DNA of 64,000 nt. It comes from Shigella phage KPS64. The stretch is taken from sequence record MK562502. One strand, given 5' to 3'. The translations under genes were made by a program, and so were the position numbers. Numbering within the stretch: the stretch's first letter is position 1; each line of letters starts with the position of its first letter. Positions 33,986 to 41,454 of this stretch are shown here, one piece after another. The notes beneath the pieces were generated by a model. That model was not told where the DNA came from. It worked only from the letters and a program-made list of their open reading frames with translations, and did not search any database.

Positions 33986-34783
33986 TTATTTGTTCAGAGC
34001 TTCTTTCATCTCTGGAGTTGCGATAGTATCAATCACACCAGTTTTACATGAATCATCAAACCAGCTTGGTAGAACATTCGCAAGGAAACCATTAATATTT
34101 GTTTTCAGGTATTCTGCAATCAGTGCTGCTTCATCTGCAATCATCTGAGTTACTTCATTAGCATATGCAGTAATCTTTGCAATACCATCATTAATCGCTG
34201 TAACGGCCTGTGTAGCGAGTTCAGAGATTGTATCTAGTCCTTGGTCGATTGCATCTTGCAAATCGCTTAGAACGCTATTTACAGCGTCTATGGAGGTATT
34301 AATCAAATCCATCGCTTTGTTACCGTACTCGGTAGCTACGCCCATGATACCACTAAACGGTGTACATCCAACCTGTTCACCTGCTGCTCCCATAACGTTA
34401 GAGTAACCTTTAGCTACTTGCATACGTTGTGAAAACTCATCTACAGACTTTTGTCCATACTCAGTAAGTGTACTTGTCGTTGAAGTTGTACTTCCAAGGC
34501 TTGTTGTGAAGCTTCCTAATAAGGCTGTTGTCAGTCCAGCAGCAACTAAAATCTGTTGTGTAGCTGGGTCTGTTACAGAACTAATCGAGTTAACTAATGA
34601 TTGAGAGGCAGCTACAGTACCACCAAGAACTGCTGCACCAGTAATAAGAGGGTTTGAGAAACCATTACCAGTTTTAAGGAGATTAAAAATCTCTTTACTT
34701 TGTTCTGTCATCTCTTTCATTATGCACCTATAAAGTTGGTAGCCCATCGGGATTTGAACCCTGTTCTCATGTTTTTCAGACAC
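33986..34783 (-). CDS. hypothetical A/T/S-rich protein (265 aa) embedded in the tRNA array
   Basis: ORF flanked on both sides by tRNA genes. Confidence 0.45.
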   Translation of the reverse strand: MSEKHENRVQIPMGYQLYRCIMKEMTEQSKEIFNLLKTGNGFSNPLITGAAVLGGTVAASQSLVNSISSVTDPATQQILVAAGLTTALLGSFTTSLGSTTSTTSTLTEYGQKSVDEFSQRMQVAKGYSNVMGAAGEQVGCTPFSGIMGVATEYGNKAMDLINTSIDAVNSVLSDLQDAIDQGLDTISELATQAVTAINDGIAKITAYANEVTQMIADEAALIAEYLKTNINGFLANVLPSWFDDSCKTGVIDTIATPEMKEALNK

Positions 34784-34813
34784 GCGCTTTAACCATATAA
34801 GCTAATTGAGCTA
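34737..34813 (-). tRNA. tRNA-like gene, probable tRNA-Phe (anticodon GAA), weak T-stem
   Basis: Anticodon arm cgtgt-CTGAAAA-acatg and CCA end are clean, but the T-stem has only 3 GC pairs and the D-arm is irregular. Confidence 0.4.
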
Positions 34814-34819
34814 TTAAAT

Positions 34820-34895
34820 TGGGGTGACCTACGGGAATCGAACCCGTATAGACCATGTTCACAGCATGGGTCATTATCCATTTATGATAAGGCCA
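34820..34895 (-). tRNA. tRNA-His (anticodon GTG)
   Basis: Acceptor, D-stem tcat/atga, anticodon stem ccatg/catgg, loop CTGTGAA, T-arm acggg/cccgt. Confidence 0.7.
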
Positions 34896-34927
34896 CATTT
34901 AAGGACTCTCGTAAGAACCCTTAGAAG

Positions 34928-35003
34928 TGGCAGCAGTATAAGGATTTGAACCTTAATCTTTCAGCTTCAGAGGCTGGAGCATTGCCAGTTATGCTATACT
35001 GCT
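34928..35003 (-). tRNA. tRNA-Gln (anticodon CTG)
   Basis: Perfect acceptor, D-stem gcat/atgc, loop CTCTGAA. Confidence 0.6.
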
Positions 35004-35009
35004 AATATT

Positions 35010-35088
35010 TGGTACTCCATATCGGATTCGAACCGATACATAACACAGATTTTAAATCTGGCCTCTCTGCCAATTGGAGTAATGGAGC
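35010..35088 (-). tRNA. tRNA, anticodon reads TAA (Leu?) but short variable arm
   Basis: Clean T-arm atcgg-ATTCGAA-ccgat and acceptor; anticodon register uncertain. Confidence 0.45.
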
Positions 35089-35090
35089 AT

Positions 35091-35166
35091 TGGCGGGGGA
35101 TGATGGAGTTGAACCATCTTCTTCGATTTCAAAGACCGAGGTTTTAACCGTGTAAACTAATCCCCT
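35091..35166 (-). tRNA. tRNA-Gln (anticodon TTG)
   Basis: T-arm gatgg/ccatc, D-stem gttt/aaac, loop CTTTGAA. Confidence 0.6.
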
Positions 35167-35392
35167 AACGAACTCTTGAAAGAATATATGCGTTATTACA
35201 TGTATCCTTGTTTTCTGGTAACATTGTTTCAAAGATAACTTGCTTTAGTTCTAATCCAGCAAAATTGTAGACAACTTTTCTGACTTCTAGAGGGTCAGCT
35301 TTCCAACCAACTCTGATAAAGAAAGTATCTCCAAATCTCCCTGTTTCAAGTTTGTCATCTTCTGGGTGTTTTTCAACTATAAGTCTAAACAT
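35165..35392 (-). CDS. hypothetical small protein (75 aa) within tRNA array
   Basis: ORF between tRNA genes. Confidence 0.35.
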   Translation of the reverse strand: MFRLIVEKHPEDDKLETGRFGDTFFIRVGWKADPLEVRKVVYNFAGLELKQVIFETMLPENKDTCNNAYILSRVR

Positions 35393-35410
35393 AACTCACC
35401 CCTTTAAATT

Positions 35411-35487
35411 TGGTGCAGAATAGAGGATTCGAACCCCTAACTAACAACTTCGTAGGTTGCTGCTCTGTCCATTTGAACTAATTCTGC
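35411..35487 (-). tRNA. tRNA-Arg (anticodon ACG)
   Basis: Perfect acceptor gcagaat/attctgc, loop CTACGAA. Confidence 0.65.
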
Positions 35488-35649
35488 AATATCCTTTTGA
35501 GATTCCTGTCTAGCTCTCTTCTTATCTCTTCTGAGAAAGCGTTTACGATGGTCTGTACGCCATTTGTAATAATCTTCTTCACCATCATGTGCTGCACAGC
35601 AGCCACAACTTGCAATTTCAACTTTACCATGTCTACCATAAGGCTTCAT
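35437..35649 (-). CDS. hypothetical basic Cys-rich small protein (70 aa)
   Basis: ORF whose 3' end overlaps tRNA-Arg; real start/stop uncertain. Confidence 0.25.
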   Translation of the reverse strand: MKPYGRHGKVEIASCGCCAAHDGEEDYYKWRTDHRKRFLRRDKKRARQESQKDIAELVQMDRAATYEVVS

Positions 35650-35665
35650 AGGAATCTCCTAAAAT

Positions 35666-35743
35666 TGGTGTTCCAAGACGGATTCGAACCGTCACTAATA
35701 CAAGGTTTGAGCTTGCATCCTCTGCCAATTGGGATACTGGAAC
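35666..35743 (-). tRNA. tRNA, anticodon reads CAA (Leu?) but short variable arm
   Basis: T-arm gacgg/ccgtc and acceptor clean; D-arm paralogous to the tRNA at 35010. Confidence 0.45.
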
Positions 35744-35744
35744 T

Positions 35745-35819
35745 TGGTACTCGCTGAAGGACTTGAACCTTCTTCACCAACTTGTAAGGATGGGGCTTTA
35801 CCATATAAACTAAGCGAGC
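35745..35819 (-). tRNA. tRNA-Val (anticodon TAC)
   Basis: T-arm gaagg/ccttc, loop CTTACAA. Confidence 0.6.
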
Positions 35820-35914
35820 TTTGAAGAGGTCTGAAGCTGTGCCGCTAACTCAACTCCGTGGAATTTGTTACGGTCTTCAGTTGACTCAAGCGGTCTTTCA
35901 CTTGACCTCAAAAT

Positions 35915-35991
35915 TGGTGCTGCTCACAGGACTCGAACCTGCATCTCCATCCTTACAAGGGATGTGCAATAGCCAATTATACGAAAGCAGC
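35915..35991 (-). tRNA. tRNA-Thr (anticodon TGT)
   Basis: Anticodon stem catcc/ggatg, loop CTTGTAA. Confidence 0.6.
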
Positions 35992-35997
35992 ATTATT

Positions 35998-36072
35998 TGG
36001 AGCATCCAGAGGGAATCGAACCCTCAACCTCAGTTTGGAAGACTGTAATTTTCCCATTTAAACTATGGATGC
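35998..36072 (-). tRNA. tRNA-Gly (anticodon TCC)
   Basis: Perfect acceptor gcatcca/tggatgc, loop CTTCCAA. Confidence 0.65.
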
Positions 36073-36078
36073 ACTAAT

Positions 36079-36154
36079 TGGTGGAGAAGCAGGGAATTGA
36101 ACCCTGTACTTAAGTTTGCAAAACTTACGTTTTAACCATGTAAACTACATCCCC
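36079..36154 (-). tRNA. tRNA-Ala (anticodon TGC)
   Basis: D-stem gttt/aaac, anticodon stem taagt/actta, loop TTTGCAA. Confidence 0.65.
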
Positions 36155-36160
36155 ATTGTT

Positions 36161-36236
36161 TGGTACAGGTGGAGGGAATTGAACCCATCGTCTTACTGAT
36201 TAAGAGTCAGCCGCATAACCATTTTGCTACACCTGC
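36161..36236 (-). tRNA. tRNA-Lys (anticodon CTT), weak T-stem
   Basis: Loop CTCTTAA; T-arm gggTTCAATTccc with 3 GC pairs, paralogous to the tRNA at 37640. Confidence 0.5.
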
Positions 36237-36243
36237 ATTAATT

Positions 36244-36321
36244 TGGTAGGAGACAAGGGATTCGAACCCTCAAACACCAACTTCTAAGGATGGTAGGTTT
36301 ACCAATTACCGTCAATCTCCC
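36244..36321 (-). tRNA. tRNA, anticodon reads TAG (Leu?) but short variable arm
   Basis: T-arm and CCA end clear; anticodon register uncertain. Confidence 0.4.
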
Positions 36322-36576
36322 ATTAAATCTTTGTAGAGAACTGCTAAGACGCCAAAGCAACAATGGTATCAAATGCCTTAACAATTCTCTAAAAAGACCT
36401 ATTGGCCTCTGCATAGTCTTGCTTAATCCGGTGACTAGAACCTTTGGAGAGCTTGATACTATCTCTTCTCCGTGACACCTACTAGGTGCTTTACCAGTGC
36501 CGTGTACGCCAATACACGAAGAGGAAACCTGAAACACTTGCTCGAACAAATAGTCTCAGCTTTAAATCTTATTAGG

Positions 36577-36664
36577 CGGTAGATAAAGGAGTCGAACCCT
36601 CACCGTATCTCTACAATGGCAATAGTTTTCAAGACTATTTGGCTTCCATTAGCCGCTACCTACC
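36577..36664 (-). tRNA. tRNA-Ser (anticodon TGA), long variable arm
   Basis: Acceptor ggtaggt/atctacc, anticodon stem atagt/actat, loop CTTGAAA, about 20-nt variable arm. Confidence 0.6.
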
Positions 36665-36677
36665 CCTAATAAGACTT

Positions 36678-36760
36678 TGGCATGGGACGGAGGATTCGAA
36701 CCCCTTTGAGTAAGTTTTGGAGGCTTACGCACATGCCTTAGTGTCTTAACATCGTCCCAT
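36678..36760 (-). tRNA. tRNA, possibly Trp (anticodon CCA); about 4 nt longer than standard
   Basis: Perfect acceptor atgggac/gtcccat; loop CTCCAAA candidate; extra length unexplained. Confidence 0.45.
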
Positions 36761-36925
36761 ACTATATTTCGAAGCTTACCCTGTTATCTCAACACTGTCA
36801 AGCTTCTTCTCAGATTATTTACATGTTCTGGAAAACATGAGATACAGACCACCTCCTTATGAGATTGACTCTTTCAAGTCAATGCGGAGACCCATAAAGG
36901 TCGTCATAGTAATCTGCTAACTAAT

Positions 36926-37045
36926 TGGCAGTCAAGGTAGGAGTCGAACCTACTTACTCTTGAGGGAGCTACCCTCGGCAACTTTCCGACTTTCGTTTAT
37001 CTCTTAACGCGTATCTAAGATAACTTACTCGTGTTGTCTTGACCA
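36926..37045 (-). ncRNA. 120-nt tRNA-like RNA (117 nt without CCA): terminal stem plus canonical T-arm, extra internal hairpins
   Basis: CCA end, T-arm gtagg-AGTCGAA-cctac and 7-bp terminal stem agtcaag/cttgacc are present, but about 40 nt too long for a tRNA. Confidence 0.4.
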
Positions 37046-37052
37046 TTAAAAT

Positions 37053-37128
37053 TGGCACTCCGTATAGGACTCGAACCTATATATGAACTGTTTAGAAGAC
37101 AGTTGCCTATCCTTTAGACTAACGGAGC
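37053..37128 (-). tRNA. tRNA-Arg (anticodon TCT)
   Basis: Anticodon stem actgt/acagt, loop CTTCTAA. Confidence 0.65.
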
Positions 37129-37404
37129 ATTAATATTTTAAAGAGCACTCATTGCATTTAAGCCAAGCCCCTTAAGGGATGCTCTTTAGAATATTGCCCA
37201 CTTTATTAATCATACCGTGGGCTAGTACGCCAAATTCTTTAACAGGGGGTTGGAAGACCCTGCTGGTGTTTAGCCTATTAAGCTACTGCCAGAAAAACAT
37301 TATCGTTTGCATTTATTTTTAAGTTTTTAAAATAGACGCTACGCTAACGAAAACTAAGGTTATCTTAAAGTGGTCACATCTGAATGTCAACAACTTTATG
37401 AAAT

Positions 37405-37479
37405 TGGTTGTAGGTGAGGGTATCGAACCCTCTTCTAACGGTTATCAGCCGTTTGCATTACCATTTATGCTAACCCACA
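37405..37479 (-). tRNA. tRNA-Ile (anticodon GAT)
   Basis: D-stem gcat/atgc, anticodon stem aacgg/ccgtt, loop CTGATAA. Confidence 0.7.
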
Positions 37480-37481
37480 AT

Positions 37482-37558
37482 TGGAGGTTCAGATGGGAAT
37501 CGAACCCACATTCATAGGGCTTATGAAACCCTTGCATTACCTTATCTGCGACTGAACC
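37482..37558 (-). tRNA. tRNA-Met (anticodon CAT)
   Basis: Perfect acceptor ggttcag/ctgaacc, loop TTCATAA. Confidence 0.6.
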
Positions 37559-37639
37559 ATTATAAGTTGCCCCTTTGTAGAGAACTGATTGAGTGGGTGT
37601 TTCCAGCCGCGCATGTGTTCTTCAGTTAAGGGGCGAATT

Positions 37640-37715
37640 TGGTAGAAGTGGAGGGATTCGAACCCGTCGCCTGTCAGATTAAAAGTCTGCCGCATCACCA
37701 TTCTGCTACACTTCC
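37640..37715 (-). tRNA. tRNA-Lys (anticodon TTT), weak T-stem
   Basis: Loop CTTTTAA; T-arm gggTTCGAATccc. Confidence 0.5.
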
Positions 37716-37909
37716 ATTAAATCATCTTTGCAGTAACCTACGCAAACCTTGCTAAAGGGTTTGTAGAGTCATCTCTTATAAGCTAATCTAGAATCATGCT
37801 CAAGAGACTCTTCGGCACTCATGGGACGACTGGTTAGCTCCATAAGTCACTGCAAAGAGGATTACCAGACCGTATTTATCTTAAGTGCTCCCATTACACC
37901 AACACGCCG

Positions 37910-37990
37910 TAACGTGTGAAGGAATCGAACCTTCGCCTTTTCTTTACCAGAGAAATAGATTGTTTATTGTTTGCTGTAAACGGTCTTCTG
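37910..37990 (-). pseudogene. tRNA-like remnant: T-arm and anticodon-arm (loop CTGGTAA, anticodon GGT) without a pairing acceptor stem
   Basis: T-arm gaagg-AATCGAA-ccttc and stem tttct/agaaa found; no 5' acceptor partner. Confidence 0.3.
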
Positions 37991-38139
37991 TAAAATTGTT
38001 GGAACCAGACCAAGTTTTAAATTTTTCAAATTAAATTGGCTTGAAATATTAAAATTGCTTGCTGTATTTGGTCTTCTGCTCCTTTAAAGAATACTCGTAA
38101 GAACTCTTTAAGGGAGGGGCTAAAAAGCCCTCTCAAATT

Positions 38140-38216
38140 TGGCGGTTACGAAGGGATTCGAACCCTCATCATCCTCCGTGACAGGGAGGTATTTTGACCA
38201 GTTAAACTACATAACC
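38140..38216 (-). tRNA. tRNA-Asp (anticodon GTC)
   Basis: Anticodon stem cctcc/ggagg, loop CTGTCAC. Confidence 0.65.
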
Positions 38217-38222
38217 TTTATT

Positions 38223-38307
38223 TGGTGCGCCCATCTGGACTCGAACCAGAAACCTCGAAAGGGACAGTTTTACAGACTGCTGCATTGACCATCTCTGCCA
38301 TGAACGC
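38223..38307 (-). tRNA. tRNA-Tyr (anticodon GTA), long variable arm
   Basis: 85 nt; loop CTGTAAA; variable hairpin. Confidence 0.6.
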
Positions 38308-38316
38308 ATTTAAAAT

Positions 38317-38393
38317 TGGCGGTTAGTCAGGGATTCGAACCCTGTACCATTCGGTTAACAGCCGACCGCACATGCCTTATGTGCTTCCTAACC
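38317..38393 (-). tRNA. tRNA-Asn (anticodon GTT)
   Basis: T-arm caggg/ccctg, loop CTGTTAA. Confidence 0.6.
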
Positions 38394-38476
38394 ATATTAG
38401 TATTACCAGACCGTATCTTTTCATTTTTTCCTATAAAAAATTTTAAGTGTTTGCTGTAAACGGTCTTCTGTAAATT

Positions 38477-38553
38477 TGGAGGCGGGTGTAGGAGTCGAAC
38501 CTACCGATAACATGCTAATGAGACATGTGAGACACCCTTTCTCTATACCCGCA
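38477..38553 (-). tRNA. tRNA with anticodon CAT (Met, fMet or lysidine-Ile)
   Basis: D-stem gaga/tctc, anticodon stem catgt/gcatg, loop CTCATTA. Confidence 0.55.
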
Positions 38554-38640
38554 ATTCTTAATGACCAGACCAAATCTTTTTTGGATTTCTATGCGCGAAA
38601 TTGAAAAGTTTGTTTGCTGTAATTGGTCTTCTGTCAAAAC

Positions 38641-38718
38641 TGGCATTCCCGAAGGGACTTGAACCCTCAAACCACACCTTGAAAGGGTGTTGACTTTACC
38701 TAATTTGTCTACGGGAAT
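38641..38718 (-). tRNA. tRNA-Glu (anticodon TTC)
   Basis: Perfect acceptor attcccg/cgggaat, anticodon stem acacc/ggtgt, loop CTTTCAA. Confidence 0.65.
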
Positions 38719-38724
38719 ATAATT

Positions 38725-38801
38725 TGGTCTCCATTGAAGGACTTGAACCTTCGGCCTTACCGCCCCAAACGGAACGCTCTACCAAGCTGAGCTAAATGGA
38801 G
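38725..38801 (-). tRNA. tRNA-Pro (anticodon TGG)
   Basis: Perfect acceptor, D-stem gctc/gagc, loop TTTGGGG. Confidence 0.65.
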
Positions 38802-38966
38802 ATAATCTTTTTAACAACCTATGTAACAACTATAACACTATTTTTTAGTGTCTGTCAAGAGGTTTTTTAAAATAATTTGATTTATTTCAGAAAACTTCTT
38901 TTTCGTTTCTATGTAGAACATATTAAAGGGTATTAAACACTTTGTCAATACCCTTTTTAAAACTTT

Positions 38967-40382
38967 TTACCAATCGTAGCGTTCAACCATTACTGCTTTG
39001 AGCATTACGCTGATAGGGTCAAACTTCTCACCACCAAGCAAAGCTTTTAAAGTGGCTGGAGAGAAACCAGATACCATCGCTACACCGTTATCCTTTACAG
39101 ACACTTCGCAAGTACCGTTACGGTTTGCTAAGTACCAGAATACCAGTTGTGGCATCTCATATCCAGCTTTCTTGTACTTTTCTTGAATTGCTTCAAAGTT
39201 AGTACGACCATCTGCTCCATCAACCTGATTAAACTGCATATCAGAGAAGATGATAAGCTTACTAGGCATCTCTTTCTGAGTCAAGTTGTTTTTAACACCA
39301 ATCTCAAGGATTCTTGCAAAAGCAGCTTGTAGGTCAGTTGAACCATACTCTACATGACTCTTCACTTGACGTAAGCGAGTCTGCAAATCACCACTCAATG
39401 TGATGAAGTGAGGTCTGCTAGAGTAAACCATCAATTCATCTTTAAAGCAACCTGTGTTACGTTCTGAAACGTACAGGGCTAAAGATACACCAATGTCTAG
39501 CGCTGTAACAGAACCATGTCGCTCCCAAGTCATAGAGGAAGATACATCTGCCATGCACAGAATGTTTTCACCATCTTTCATCCAGTTTGGTAAAGCTTTC
39601 CACTGTTCATTTGCAACGGTTGCATTACCGTAACCAACTGACTTTGTAATGTCATAAGGGTAGACTGCACCAGCATTAATCTTTGTCTCACCTTTAGTCA
39701 GTGCTGCAACGTATGCTGCATAACGCTCACCATCTTTACGACTGAAGAGTTTTTGATAACGTGCAGCAGCCAGTGAAGGAAGCTTGCTGTAATCAATCTC
39801 TCCAAACTCGTTTGCTGAAATCTTTTGTTCAACAGTGTCGGACAGTGCTGACAGAAGAACTCGATACTGCTTCTCTGAAAGATTTGCAAACTTACAGAAA
39901 CGACGAACAAAACGCATATGTCGTGATTTTACTCGTGGTAACCACTTTGCTGCCAGAGCCGATGTTGCAGGGTCTAACAGTGCCGATTCTAAATGCTTGA
40001 AAGCATCTGTTTCATAACGTGTACCAACAAAGATTTTAAAGTCATCATAACGACCTAAATCAGAAATCTTGTCCATGATACGTAACACTTGGAACTCATC
40101 AAGAATCCCGTCAGAGATTGCTTTAGTAAGAGTATAACGGAACGCTTTACGCTCACCCATACCTTCTCGTGCATCTCGCATATGTAACAGGATTCGAACT
40201 GCTACATCAATATCTTCTCGCATTGCCTTGTAAAACAAGTTTGGAAGAACTTCTACATTTGTTCTGCTTGAACCAGCAGCTTTGTAGAAATCTACCAGTG
40301 CAGACATTGAAGAGGTGTGGTTAACAGCACCGTTTTCAGTTAAACCTGCATGTAAATGCGAGTGCTTAAATAATTCGCTCAT
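38967..40382 (-). CDS. vWA-domain protein with MIDAS motif; possibly TROVE/Ro60-like (471 aa)
   Basis: CMADVSSSMTW matches a DxSxS MIDAS motif at about residue 280; helical N-terminal half; adjacent to tRNA array. Confidence 0.45.
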   Translation of the reverse strand: MSELFKHSHLHAGLTENGAVNHTSSMSALVDFYKAAGSSRTNVEVLPNLFYKAMREDIDVAVRILLHMRDAREGMGERKAFRYTLTKAISDGILDEFQVLRIMDKISDLGRYDDFKIFVGTRYETDAFKHLESALLDPATSALAAKWLPRVKSRHMRFVRRFCKFANLSEKQYRVLLSALSDTVEQKISANEFGEIDYSKLPSLAAARYQKLFSRKDGERYAAYVAALTKGETKINAGAVYPYDITKSVGYGNATVANEQWKALPNWMKDGENILCMADVSSSMTWERHGSVTALDIGVSLALYVSERNTGCFKDELMVYSSRPHFITLSGDLQTRLRQVKSHVEYGSTDLQAAFARILEIGVKNNLTQKEMPSKLIIFSDMQFNQVDGADGRTNFEAIQEKYKKAGYEMPQLVFWYLANRNGTCEVSVKDNGVAMVSGFSPATLKALLGGEKFDPISVMLKAVMVERYDW

Positions 40383-40458
40383 ATTAATTCTCTCTCGTTA
40401 GAATGTTTTGGTGAGACAGACTCTAACGTTTGATTTAGAACCTGTCAACACCTTTTTA

Positions 40459-40830
40459 TTATTTTTTCAGAGTTGCTACAGCAGAGAACGTTGGTTTGTT
40501 CTCCTGTGCTCCCTGTCCTCCATTTTCAGAAGGTTTTTTACTATCTGCTGCAATTGCTTTCATCTCACCTGCTGAGTGAGTCATGATGGTTTTACCAGCT
40601 TCCATCATTGACTTCAGGTTTACGTTATCAACCGTCAAACCAAACTCTGCAAGTTTTACAGGGTCTCTGGTAACAACTGCCTCAAACAGCTTTGCAGCAT
40701 ACTCTGCTGAGTTATCAATAGTCAACTGTGCCTTGACCAGTGAACTCTTGTTACGTGAGCCTTTAGGTCTACCTGATGGGTTACCAGATTGACCTTTCTT
40801 GAATTGGCCTTTGTTTGTTCGTTTCGTCAT
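40459..40830 (-). CDS. hypothetical protein with KKGQSGNPSGRPKGS motif (123 aa)
   Basis: Basic GNPSGRPKG motif common in small phage DNA-binding proteins (recalled). Confidence 0.4.
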   Translation of the reverse strand: MTKRTNKGQFKKGQSGNPSGRPKGSRNKSSLVKAQLTIDNSAEYAAKLFEAVVTRDPVKLAEFGLTVDNVNLKSMMEAGKTIMTHSAGEMKAIAADSKKPSENGGQGAQENKPTFSAVATLKK

Positions 40831-41220
40831 TCTTCACCTCTTTTAAGACCTCTTAAAAGGCTTTTAAGATAAGAGATAGATATCCAGAAAGATATCTGTT
40901 TAAATAGCCTTTTTAGAAGAGTCTTTTAAGTAATCTTCTAAGTATTTATTAGGCTACACGTTGTCAAGAGGAATGTCAAGTAAATTTTTTAGTTGCAATA
41001 CTTCTTGACTTGTTGTATGGATTACTGTACCATCTTACTAAAGCTGTAGGTCTGCCTTTATCTACAAAGGAGACTTAATGAGAAACAATTCAAAATTGAA
41101 GACAGGTAATAATACCAATCACTGTAAGGAATCAAAGCGGGTAGAATTACTCTATTACAAATCCTCTGAAATTGGTTTGTACCTATACTTTCAAAATTAT
41201 AGACGACAAGAGGATTATTT

Positions 41221-41454
41221 ATGTGTAGCTCCCAACTAGAAATCACAGATATTATTGATTTATACCAAACTGCAAAGAGTCATGGGTATATCACTTCAAT
41301 TGGAAAGAATAAGCACTATGATGCACTAACTGGTATGTATTTCAGAGCAATAGCTCAATCTAGTGAACAGGTTCTAATGGTTTCTTCCAGTGAATTTGCT
41401 TCATTTCTCTATTGCAGCAAGATTATCAATCGTAGGAGAACTGATAAATGTTAA
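41221..41454 (+). CDS. hypothetical small protein (77 aa)
   Basis: ORF, no motif. Confidence 0.3.
   Translation: MCSSQLEITDIIDLYQTAKSHGYITSIGKNKHYDALTGMYFRAIAQSSEQVLMVSSSEFASFLYCSKIINRRRTDKC

Noticed and set aside
33891-36549. Track ORFs 33891..34148, 35497..35757, 35821..36048, 36238..36549, 36290..36475 in the tRNA region
   Set aside because: They overlap tRNA genes or structured spacers and have implausible composition; the DNA is better explained as RNA genes.
36926-37045. Group I intron in the long tRNA-like gene
   Set aside because: Only about 40 extra nucleotides, far too short for a group I intron; left as a tRNA-like ncRNA.
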